Positions 46,832-53,584 of a stretch of DNA of 64,000 bases are shown one piece after another. The stretch comes from Patescibacteria group bacterium. GTDB lineage: Bacteria; Patescibacteriota; Microgenomatia; Levybacterales; UBA12049. The notes under the pieces were generated by a model. It was not told the DNA's origin. It saw only the letters and a program-made list of their open reading frames with translations, and made no database searches. The stretch is from positions 69,009-133,008 of the forward strand of contig JBBTXS010000004.1 of NCBI GenBank assembly GCA_038062115.1, in the 5' to 3' direction. Each line of letters starts with the position of its first letter. The stretch's first letter is position 1. Made by a program: the position numbers and the translations under genes.

Positions 46832-47730
46832 ATAAAAAAATTGATGTATCAATTGTTGTAGTTACCTACAACTCGTTTGACACCATAAAAGAATGCATTG
46901 ATTCTATTGAAAAAACCGTTAAAAAAAACTCATTTGAAATTGTTGTTGTTGACAATAATTCATCGGATGGATCCGCAGAGGGTATTAAGTATTATGTATC
47001 AAGTATTAAGTATGAGAACGTTAGAATTATTCCAAATAAAAAAAACATAGGGTTTTCGAAGGCCAACAATCAGGGCGTCAAAATTTCACAAAAAAGCCGT
47101 TATGTTTTGTTTTTGAATCCCGATGCAATCGTTTATGAAAACACTATTGATGGGATGGTGGATTTTATGAACAAAACTCCCAACGCGGGAGCGGCAACGT
47201 GTTTTATAGAGCTTAAAAATGGCAGACTTGACGATTCCTGCCACAGAGGGTTTCCTACACCTTGGAGGTCTTTATGTTATTTTATGGGTTTATCAAAGTT
47301 TTTTCCAAAAAGTAAATTTTTTGCAGGGTATAACATGACCTATCTTGGTCTTAATAAAACTCACGAGATAGATGCTCTGGGAGGGTCTTTTATGCTGATA
47401 AGGCGCGAAATAGGCAAAAGATTGGGTTGGTGGGACGAAGACTTTTTCTTTTATGGAGAAGATATAGACTTTTGTTTTAGAATAAAAGAAATAGGGTATA
47501 AAATATATTTTGTACCCGAATATAAAGCGCTTCATTACAAAGGGGTTTCAAGCGGAATAAAAAAAGTTTCGGAGTCAATAAGCAAAGCAACAAAAGAAAC
47601 AAAACTTTTTGCAACAAAACATAGATTTAACGCGATGCGAATTTTCTACAAGAAACATTATGAAAAAAAGTATCCAAAAATTGTTACGTGGCTTGTTTAT
47701 GGGGCAATTTGGGCTAAAGAACATTTATGA
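46828..47730 (+). CDS. glycosyltransferase family 2
   Basis: VSIVVVTYNSFDT, VVDNNSSDGS, IGFSKANN, LFLNPDA, FFFYGEDIDFCFR. ATG 46828 (ATGA overlap) is preferred over the track start 46816. Confidence 0.85.
   Translation: MNKKIDVSIVVVTYNSFDTIKECIDSIEKTVKKNSFEIVVVDNNSSDGSAEGIKYYVSSIKYENVRIIPNKKNIGFSKANNQGVKISQKSRYVLFLNPDAIVYENTIDGMVDFMNKTPNAGAATCFIELKNGRLDDSCHRGFPTPWRSLCYFMGLSKFFPKSKFFAGYNMTYLGLNKTHEIDALGGSFMLIRREIGKRLGWWDEDFFFYGEDIDFCFRIKEIGYKIYFVPEYKALHYKGVSSGIKKVSESISKATKETKLFATKHRFNAMRIFYKKHYEKKYPKIVTWLVYGAIWAKEHL
46982..47016. repeat. 7-nt array GTATTAA GTATTAT GTATCAA GTATTAA GTATGAG, in-frame
   Basis: Read directly. Translates as GIKYYVSSIKYE. 37 of 42 nt are identical to 40299-40340 by my count. 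Confidence 0.85.
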
Positions 47731-48869
47731 AAATAGGAATTGATGCTAGGCTTTGGAATGAGTCGGGAGTTGGAAAATACACTAGGAATCTTGTTGAACA
47801 GCTTCAGATAATTGATCGCAAGAATGAGTACATGTTGTTTGTTTTAAGTCAAGATAGAAAAAAGATTCTGAATCAAGTTCAGAATGACAATTTTAGCATA
47901 GTAAATGCAGACATAAGGTGGCATACACTGGAAGAGCAGATGAAGTTTTCATCGATAATTAATAAAGAAGATTTGGATTTAATGCACTTTACTTATCCTT
48001 CGGTTCCTATTTTTTACAATAAGCCTTTTATTGTTACAATTCATGATTTAATTTTGCATCATTTTCCGACAGGAGAAGCCTCAACTTTGGCTTTGCCTTT
48101 ATATTATTTAAAGCACTTCGCATACAAATTAGTGATTTTGCAAGCAGCAAAAAAGGCAAAAAGAATTATTGCAGTATCAAAGGCTACAAAAAAGGAGATT
48201 ATTGACCATCTTAGAGTACCAGAAAAAAAAGTAGTGGTAATATATGAAGGGGTAAGTAACGAGATTACAAATCCAAAATCTCAAATTCCAAATAAATCCC
48301 AAAATCCTAAATACAAAATACTTAATACTAAATACTTTTTGTACGTTGGGAATGCATATCCGCACAAGAACCTAGAGCGAATGCTTATGGCATTCGCAAG
48401 TATTAAGTATAGAGTATTAAGTATAAAGTTGGTTTTTGTTGGCAGAGAGGATTATTTTTACAAAAGATTAAAAGAAAAGGTAAAAAATATGGGTTTAGGA
48501 AAATCAGTGAATTTTTTAGGAGAAGTTAGCGATGATGAATTGATCTGTCTTTATAGAGATGCGAGAGCATTAGTTATTCCATCCTTGATGGAAGGGTTTG
48601 GGCTTCCAGCGTTGGAAGCCATGGCAAATAAATGTTTAGTTTTAGCATCAGATATTCCTTCGTTGAAAGAGGTCTGCGGAAATGCGGCAATTTATTTTGA
48701 TCCTTATGGTATTGATGATATATCAAAAAAAATGATAGAGGTTTACTCTAATGACATAAATCATTATAGTAGCAATATCAACAAAGGTTTTGAAAAAACA
48801 AAAATATTTTCTTGGGAGAAAATGACAAGAGAAACTCTAAAGGTATACGAAAGCTGCGTTGGCGGCTGA
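47727..48869 (+). CDS. glycosyltransferase family 4 carrying at least three in-frame repeat-derived segments
   Basis: MKIGIDARLWNESGVGKYT, LYVGNAYPHKN, PSLMEGFGLPALEAMANKCLVLASDIPSLKE. Confidence 0.85.
   Translation: MKIGIDARLWNESGVGKYTRNLVEQLQIIDRKNEYMLFVLSQDRKKILNQVQNDNFSIVNADIRWHTLEEQMKFSSIINKEDLDLMHFTYPSVPIFYNKPFIVTIHDLILHHFPTGEASTLALPLYYLKHFAYKLVILQAAKKAKRIIAVSKATKKEIIDHLRVPEKKVVVIYEGVSNEITNPKSQIPNKSQNPKYKILNTKYFLYVGNAYPHKNLERMLMAFASIKYRVLSIKLVFVGREDYFYKRLKEKVKNMGLGKSVNFLGEVSDDELICLYRDARALVIPSLMEGFGLPALEAMANKCLVLASDIPSLKEVCGNAAIYFDPYGIDDISKKMIEVYSNDINHYSSNINKGFEKTKIFSWEKMTRETLKVYESCVGG
47875..47902. repeat. half-unit of the GTCATT/ATGACAATT palindromic family (hairpin ATTCTGAA-tcaag-TTCAGAAT + GACAATT end), in-frame
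   Basis: Read directly. Translates as ILNQVQNDNF. Confidence 0.7.
48267..48334. repeat. composite repeat: AAATCY heptamers + AAATAAATCCCAAAATCC + four reverse-orientation GTATTAA-family units (TAAATAC AAAATAC TTAATAC TAAATAC); in-frame
   Basis: Read directly. Translates as NPKSQIPNKSQNPKYKILNTKY in the interdomain linker. Confidence 0.8.
48400..48427. repeat. 7-nt array GTATTAA GTATAGA GTATTAA GTATAAA, in-frame
   Basis: Read directly. Translates as SIKYRVLSIK, at the same alignment position as the GC-rich element E1 in the 38270 paralog. Confidence 0.85.
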
Positions 48870-48874
48870 GCCGT

Positions 48875-48955
48875 ACCGCAGGTGTAATCGTATCTACACC
48901 TCGGATGGTGGCAGCCCTGAGCGAAGTCGAAGGGCATGACTCCTCCGAGGTGGAC
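48875..48955. repeat. GC-rich element, copy E2 (intergenic, chimeric)
   Basis: CCGCAGGTGTA..TACACCTCGG hairpin, then GGTGG, then AGCCCTGAGCGAAGTCGAAGGGC, then GACTCCTCCGAGGTGGAC. Starts 6 nt after the GT4 stop. Confidence 0.7.
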
Positions 48956-49183
48956 ATCAGATTGGGAATGCTATTGTGGTTTGGTAGTCGTACTTGGATT
49001 TAGTGTTTAGCGGACCGTATTTATATGTTTCAAAGACCAAGCCTCTAAGTTTTATCTTCTGGCTTTCTATATACGAAAACAGCTTTTGGTAAATGAGAAT
49101 TAAATATTTATATGGACCATTATAGTTAAATGCTAAGACTTTGGTTTTGGGGTAAGGTTTGAAATAAAAATCATTATGTTGGT

Positions 49184-49254
49184 ATTCACCTTGGAGGAGC
49201 CGAGGTCGTTGCCTCGTCACCTCCGAGGTGTTGCGGAGCGATTCTTCGAAGGTG
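49184..49254. repeat. GC-rich element, copy E3 (reverse orientation, about 71 nt, degenerate)
   Basis: The reverse complement aligns with 63288-63356 over its whole length (shared ...GAGGCARCGACCTCG.CTCCT.C.AGG.GAA). Confidence 0.7.
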
Positions 49255-49274
49255 GAGCTTAGTATAAAGGTTAT

Positions 49275-49383
49275 GGCTGGGTCATAAATACCCATTTGTC
49301 ATTCCGAGCGAGCGTGAGCGAGTCGAGGAATCTCGTTGAAGGAGATTTCTCGGCAAGCTCGAAATGACAATTGTGACCCAGTC
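49275..49383. mobile_element. MITE-like nested palindromic element flanked by an 11-bp direct repeat
   Basis: Outer inverted repeat GGCTGGGTCA / TGACCCAGTC. Inner GTCATTCCGAG...CTCGAAATGAC (49298-49368). ATAAAGGTTAT occurs at 49264-49274 and again at 49384-49394. Confidence 0.5.
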
Positions 49384-49598
49384 ATAAAGGTTATCTCAAG
49401 AGGCGTATTTTGGGATTATAGGCGTTGTTGAGATAAAAAGTTATCTCAGAGGGTTTACATTTTAGCTTTAATCTTTTTGCTTCTTGCCAAAGAGTTTTTA
49501 TATACTCAGTAATCTTTGCATATTCCCCGTGTCCTACTTTCATACAAAATAGATTGAATGGGCCAAAGTTTTTGGTTTGAAATATGTTCTTTATGCTC

Positions 49599-49636
49599 GT
49601 CATTCTGGCAAGCGAAGAATGAGCGCGTCCAGAATC
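49599..49636. repeat. half-unit of the GTCATT palindromic family (GTCATTCTGG..CCAGAATC)
   Basis: Read directly. Overlaps the putative start of the GyrI-like pseudogene. Confidence 0.55.
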
Positions 49637-49660
49637 TATATCGTTTTGGAAGAAAAATGA

Positions 49661-49885
49661 CTTAATATTTTTCAGGAACCTATAGTCGATAGAATTCAAA
49701 GAGATAACGCAATTTTTTCTATCGTATCTGTAGGTAGTCTAGATATTATTGATCCTAAAAAAGACGAAAACGGTAGATATTTCTGTGGTTACAATCAAGA
49801 AGAGTATCGTGGGCTTTTGAATAAATTAAAAGCGGATTTGCTTTTGACCATGTTTCTTCGCGGCGGCGCACCGATTGTGAAGTAG
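49661..49885 (+). pseudogene. orphan open frame without a start codon (3' remnant of an unidentified gene)
   Basis: 74 sense codons ending ...DENGRYFCGYNQEEYRGLLNKLKADLLLTMFLRGGAPIVK then TAG. There is no ATG/GTG/TTG until close to the end. Confidence 0.2.
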
Positions 49886-49889
49886 CTGT

Positions 49890-50300
49890 CTACATTTCCA
49901 ATATTGTAGTTTTGTCTTTCATGACTAAAGTTAGTAGCTCTAAACATTGCAGCCTTCCTAGTAATGCTGGAATATCATTCCTATTTAAAAATCCCACAGG
50001 AATTCTATTTTCAAAGCTTCCTATTTTCGTGCGGACACCTTTCTTGTATAGATAAATTGCCTCTTTCCCACCGACGCCATAAGTATTTTCTAAAAAACAT
50101 TCTTTTTCTAATTCGATTCCCAAAAGTTCAGCATACCTTTTTGGGAAAAGCGAATAGTCTGCTCCGGTATCAACAACCATTTCAACTGGAATCCATTCGT
50201 CAATCTGATCAGAAGTTATAAGAATTTGTAGATATGGACGGTAAATTTTACCCAAAATACCCTTCCCTCGAAAGCTAAAACGAGAAGATATTATTTTCAT
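49890..50300 (-). CDS. retropepsin-like (clan AA) aspartic protease
   Basis: VEMVVDTGADYSLFP (D-T-G active site) and a C-terminal ALLGRL motif. Single-domain size of 136 aa. Confidence 0.7.
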   Translation of the reverse strand: MKIISSRFSFRGKGILGKIYRPYLQILITSDQIDEWIPVEMVVDTGADYSLFPKRYAELLGIELEKECFLENTYGVGGKEAIYLYKKGVRTKIGSFENRIPVGFLNRNDIPALLGRLQCLELLTLVMKDKTTILEM

Positions 50301-50536
50301 TTAAAGATAAGAATGTAAGAAGTTCCAGGATGTGGGACAAATACTAGAACTGGCGACTTGCCATATTTTTCTTTTAATCTCTTGAATCTTTCAAGTGCCC
50401 TTTTGCCACGTGCTAAAGGAACAACTTCCTTATCTACTACAAATACCTGTTTTCCACCATACTTTTTAACCAGAGGATGTAAACCAGAAAGCAGTGCGTT
50501 TAATGTTTTTCCTGTTTTATCCTCTATTTTTTTCAT
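50297..50536 (-). CDS. small DUF5678-like protein, translationally coupled to the aspartic protease
   Basis: MKKIEDKTG...YGGKQVFVVDKEVVPLARGKRALERFKRLKEKYGKSPVLVFVP. ATGA overlap with the protease gene. The longer track ORF (to 50704) overlaps the divergent GT4 start region and was trimmed to Met57. Confidence 0.5.
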   Translation of the reverse strand: MKKIEDKTGKTLNALLSGLHPLVKKYGGKQVFVVDKEVVPLARGKRALERFKRLKEKYGKSPVLVFVPHPGTSYILIFK

Positions 50537-50632
50537 AACAACTTTATTGTAAACAAAATATTCAAAGATTGCAAGCGGTTGTGGGTTCGACGGGCTGCTT
50601 CTTATCATGATAAAATAGGCGGAGTATTTACA

Positions 50633-51778
50633 ATGAAAATTGCATTGGTGTATGATCGGGTAAATAAGTGGGGAGGGGCAGAGAGAGTGCTTTTGGCATT
50701 GCATGAATTATTTCCAGATGCACCTATTTACACTTCGGTTTACAATCCAATAACTGCATCTTGGGCTAAAACTTTCGATGTTAGAAGTTCATTCTTGCAG
50801 AAATTTCCTTTGGCATCTATAGCTCATGAGTTATATGCGGTCTTGATGCCCATTGCCTTTGAAAGTTTTTCTTTTGACCAATATGATCTTGTAATTTCAG
50901 TTACGAGTGAGGCTGCAAAAGGGATAATAACCAAACCAAAAACAAAGCATATTTGCTATTGTCTAACTCCAACCCGTTATCTTTGGAGTGCTTACGATGA
51001 TTACTTTAGAAATCCCTTATTGCGATTTCTATCAAAACCAGTAGTTTCGTATCTTAGGACTTGGGATAAAATTGCAGCGCAAAGGCCAGATGCGTACGTT
51101 GCAATTTCTCAAGAGGTCAAAAGAAGAATTAAAAAATATTATGGGAGAGAGTCAGTGGTTGTATACCCGCCAGTAGACATCAGTAGTATGTATCATGTAT
51201 CAAGTATTAAGTATAAAAAAAATGCAAATGAAATACATAATACAAACTACATACTACATAATACTGTCGATTACTTCCTCATCGTCTCTCGGCTTGTTCC
51301 ATACAAACGAATTGATATTGCGATTAGAGCATTTAATAAGCTTAGACTTCCATTAAAAATTATTGGCGTAGGGTCACAAGAAAAGTATCTTAAAAGCATC
51401 AGTAGCCCAACTATAGAATTCCTTGGCAACTTGACTGAAGATGAGTTAGTAAGCTATTATAAGGGATGTCGTGCTTTAATTTTTGTAGGTGTTGAAGATT
51501 TTGGTCTTACTGTTTTGGAGGCACAGAGTTTTGGAAAACCCGTGATTGCGTTTCGCGGAGGCGGTACACTGGAGACTATAAAAGAAGGAAAAACTGGTGA
51601 GTTTTTTAGTCAACAAAATCCAAAATCACTTACAGATGTGCTTAAAAGATTCGATGAAAGAAAATATAAAAGTACTGACTGCATAGAGAATGCTAAAAAG
51701 TTTTCGTTTGAAAGATTTAAAGAAAAGCTTATGGATGTCGTTGCGAGGAGTTTAGCGACGAAGCAATCTCAAATTTGA
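50633..51778 (+). CDS. glycosyltransferase family 4
   Basis: MKIALVYDRVNKWGGAERVL, FLIVSRLVPYKR, VGVEDFGLTVLEAQSFGKPVIA. Start trimmed from 50579 to ATG 50633. The last 14 codons and the stop lie inside a palindromic repeat. Confidence 0.85.
   Translation: MKIALVYDRVNKWGGAERVLLALHELFPDAPIYTSVYNPITASWAKTFDVRSSFLQKFPLASIAHELYAVLMPIAFESFSFDQYDLVISVTSEAAKGIITKPKTKHICYCLTPTRYLWSAYDDYFRNPLLRFLSKPVVSYLRTWDKIAAQRPDAYVAISQEVKRRIKKYYGRESVVVYPPVDISSMYHVSSIKYKKNANEIHNTNYILHNTVDYFLIVSRLVPYKRIDIAIRAFNKLRLPLKIIGVGSQEKYLKSISSPTIEFLGNLTEDELVSYYKGCRALIFVGVEDFGLTVLEAQSFGKPVIAFRGGGTLETIKEGKTGEFFSQQNPKSLTDVLKRFDERKYKSTDCIENAKKFSFERFKEKLMDVVARSLATKQSQI
51183..51265. repeat. composite repeat: five GTATYAA-family units, A-rich spacer, four TACAWAM units; in-frame
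   Basis: Read directly. Translates as SSMYHVSSIKYKKNANEIHNTNYILHNT. Same architecture and orientation as 20416..20483. Confidence 0.85.
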
Positions 51779-51822
51779 TGGGGATTGCTACGCCCTTCGA
51801 CAAGCTCAGGGCTCGCAATGAC
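51737..51822. repeat. GTCGTTGCGAGG...CTCGCAATGAC palindromic element spanning a gene junction
   Basis: Read directly. The left arm encodes VARSLATKQSQI. The TGA stop (51776-51778) lies in the central loop. The right arm ends 10 nt before the manC ATG. Confidence 0.8.
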
Positions 51823-51832
51823 AATTAGACGT

Positions 51833-52915
51833 ATGAAGATTGTAATCTTTGCTGGAGGGGTAGGGACAAGACTTTGGCCGCTGTCTAGGAGAAATAGTCC
51901 GAAGCAGTTTGAAAAAATACTCGGCGATAAATCTACTCTTCAGCTTGCAGTGGATCGTCTTCTTCCAGACTTTGCCTTTTCGGATATTTATATTGCAACA
52001 GGTAAAAGATATAAAGATATTGTAAGAGAGCAGCTTCCAAAAATTCCAGGCGAAAACTTTATCTTTGAGCCAGAAGTTAGAGATGTAGGACCAGCTGTTG
52101 GGATGGCGCTATCAATTATAGGTAAAGGCAATCCTAATTCTCCGATTGCGATAGTGTGGAGTGACCACTTTGTTAAGAAGGAAAGAAGATTTCGGGAAGT
52201 CCTGCATTTTGCACAAAAATTAGTTAGAAAAAACAATAATTCACTTGTTCTTATAGGACAAAGGGCTCGATTTGCCAACCAGAATTTAGGATGGATAGAG
52301 TTTGGCGATGAAACTTCTGATATAAGAGGAACAAAAGTTTTTCAATTTAAAAGATTGCTTTATAGACCAAGTCTTAAACTCGCAGAAGAATTTTTAAAAA
52401 ATGAAAATTATGCTTGGAATCCAGGATATTTTGTCACTACTCCTAGCTTTATACTGTCTCAATTTAAAAAATTTACACCTAACTTATGGAAAGGACTTAT
52501 GAAAATACAAAAATCTGTAGGGAGAAAGGAACTAAATAGAGTTATAGGAAGCGTATACCCCACATTAGAAAAGATAAGTTTTGATAATGCAATTTTGGAA
52601 AAAATAGACCCAAAACATGTGTTTGTTATAGCAGCAAATCTTGGGTGGAGCGATGTTGGAGCATGGGAGGCGTTAAAGGAAGCTCTTCAGGTATCTTCAA
52701 CAGAAAATATCACAAAAGGAAAAGTTCTTATAAACGACTCAGTTGACAATCTAGTTTTTAACTACACTGATCAGATGGTAGTTGGGATAGATTTAGGGAA
52801 AATGATTGTTATAAATACAGACGATGTTTTATTAGTTTGTCCTAAGACTTCTGCTCCAAAGATAAAAAAATTAGTCGAGAGTCTAGCTGGAACCCCAAAT
52901 GAGCATCTTACGTAG
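51833..52915 (+). CDS. manC: mannose-1-phosphate guanylyltransferase
   Basis: MKIVIFAGGVGTRLWPLSRRNSPKQF, EPEVRDVGPAV, GWSDVGAWEAL. Start trimmed from TTG 51785, which lies inside the repeat. Confidence 0.8.
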   Translation: MKIVIFAGGVGTRLWPLSRRNSPKQFEKILGDKSTLQLAVDRLLPDFAFSDIYIATGKRYKDIVREQLPKIPGENFIFEPEVRDVGPAVGMALSIIGKGNPNSPIAIVWSDHFVKKERRFREVLHFAQKLVRKNNNSLVLIGQRARFANQNLGWIEFGDETSDIRGTKVFQFKRLLYRPSLKLAEEFLKNENYAWNPGYFVTTPSFILSQFKKFTPNLWKGLMKIQKSVGRKELNRVIGSVYPTLEKISFDNAILEKIDPKHVFVIAANLGWSDVGAWEALKEALQVSSTENITKGKVLINDSVDNLVFNYTDQMVVGIDLGKMIVINTDDVLLVCPKTSAPKIKKLVESLAGTPNEHLT

Positions 52916-52918
52916 CCT

Positions 52919-53584
52919 ATGCAATATGCTAGAGTTAGAAAAAGTGAACTATATGAAGTTACAGAAAGGTTAATAGATATTGTTTTCTCTATTGCTTTAA
53001 CTATATTCTTCTTGCCAGTTATCGTAATTATAGCCATAGTAATAAAACTCGATTCAAAAGGACCCATTTTAGCAGATACACCACAACGAGTTGGAAAGAA
53101 AGGTAAGCTTTTTAAGATGTATAAATTTCGTTCTATGGTTGAGAATGCGCACGAAATGCTTCGCGAAGATCCAGAATATTCTAAATTATACGATGTTTAT
53201 AAAAAGGGCAGCTATAAATTAAAAAACGATCCTAGAATAACAAGAGTAGGACGATTTATAAGAAAGCATTCCTTAGACGAAATCCCCCAGTTTCTGAATA
53301 TTTTAAGAGGAGAAATGAGTGTGGTTGGACCAAGAGCTTACTATCCAGACGAGTTGCGACAACAGCAAAAAAAATATCCGCAAACTTTGGAATCTGTGAA
53401 AACTGTGCTTTCGGTTAAGCCGGGTTTAACAGGATATTGGCAAGTTAGCGGTAGAAGTGAAATAAACTTTGATAAGCGCATAGAAATGGACGCTCAATAC
53501 GTGGAAAAAAGTAATATATTGTATGATCTTTGGATTATAGCCAAAACTCCTTGGGCCATGATTGCTGGCAAGGGAGCGTTGTAG
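52919..53584 (+). CDS. small monotopic phosphoglycosyl transferase (bacterial sugar transferase, PglC/WecP-like initiating enzyme)
   Basis: KRLIDIVFSIALTIFFLPV, KFRSM, LDEIPQFLNILRGEMSVVGPR, KPGLTGYWQVSGRS. Confidence 0.85.
   Translation: MQYARVRKSELYEVTERLIDIVFSIALTIFFLPVIVIIAIVIKLDSKGPILADTPQRVGKKGKLFKMYKFRSMVENAHEMLREDPEYSKLYDVYKKGSYKLKNDPRITRVGRFIRKHSLDEIPQFLNILRGEMSVVGPRAYYPDELRQQQKKYPQTLESVKTVLSVKPGLTGYWQVSGRSEINFDKRIEMDAQYVEKSNILYDLWIIAKTPWAMIAGKGAL

Larger units (their letters stand above)
48957..49601 (-). pseudogene. GyrI-like (AraC effector-binding-domain-like) gene split by repeat insertions
   Basis: The 5' half (from ATG 49601) reads FGPFNLFCMKVGHGEYAKITEYIKTLWQEA. The 3' half reads KVLAFNYNGPYKYLILIYQKLFSYIESQKIKLRGLVFETYKYGP...TTIAFPI. 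These are the two beta-alpha-beta-beta halves of a GyrI-like fold. They lie in different frames, separated by elements at 49184-49254 and 49275-49383. Confidence 0.45.

Noticed and set aside
48812-49003. Track ORF 48812..49003 (+), 63 aa
   Set aside because: It is a translation of GC-rich element E2 in an alternative frame overlapping the end of GT4 47727, with no independent support.
50579-50600. GGTTCGA-like T-loop motif (GGGTTCGACGG), considered as a possible tRNA
   Set aside because: No flanking acceptor, D or anticodon stems could be drawn on either strand. No other tRNA-like cloverleaf was seen in the window by eye. A tRNAscan-type search would be needed to be definitive.
50537-50704. 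Long N-terminal extension of the DUF5678-like ORF (track 50297..50704), and the extensions 50579..50632, 51785..51832, 53530..53583, 55505..55528 and 58182..58235
   Set aside because: These extensions overlap neighbouring genes, promoters or repeats and add non-conserved residues ahead of canonical family N-termini (for example MKIALVYD, MKIVIFAGG). Internal ATG or GTG starts, often in ATGA overlaps, are more plausible.
19732-51265. Whether the short tandem arrays could be CRISPR arrays
   Set aside because: The units are contiguous 7-8-nt repeats without spacers and the arrays are only 28-35 nt long. They lie inside ORFs and no cas genes are present.
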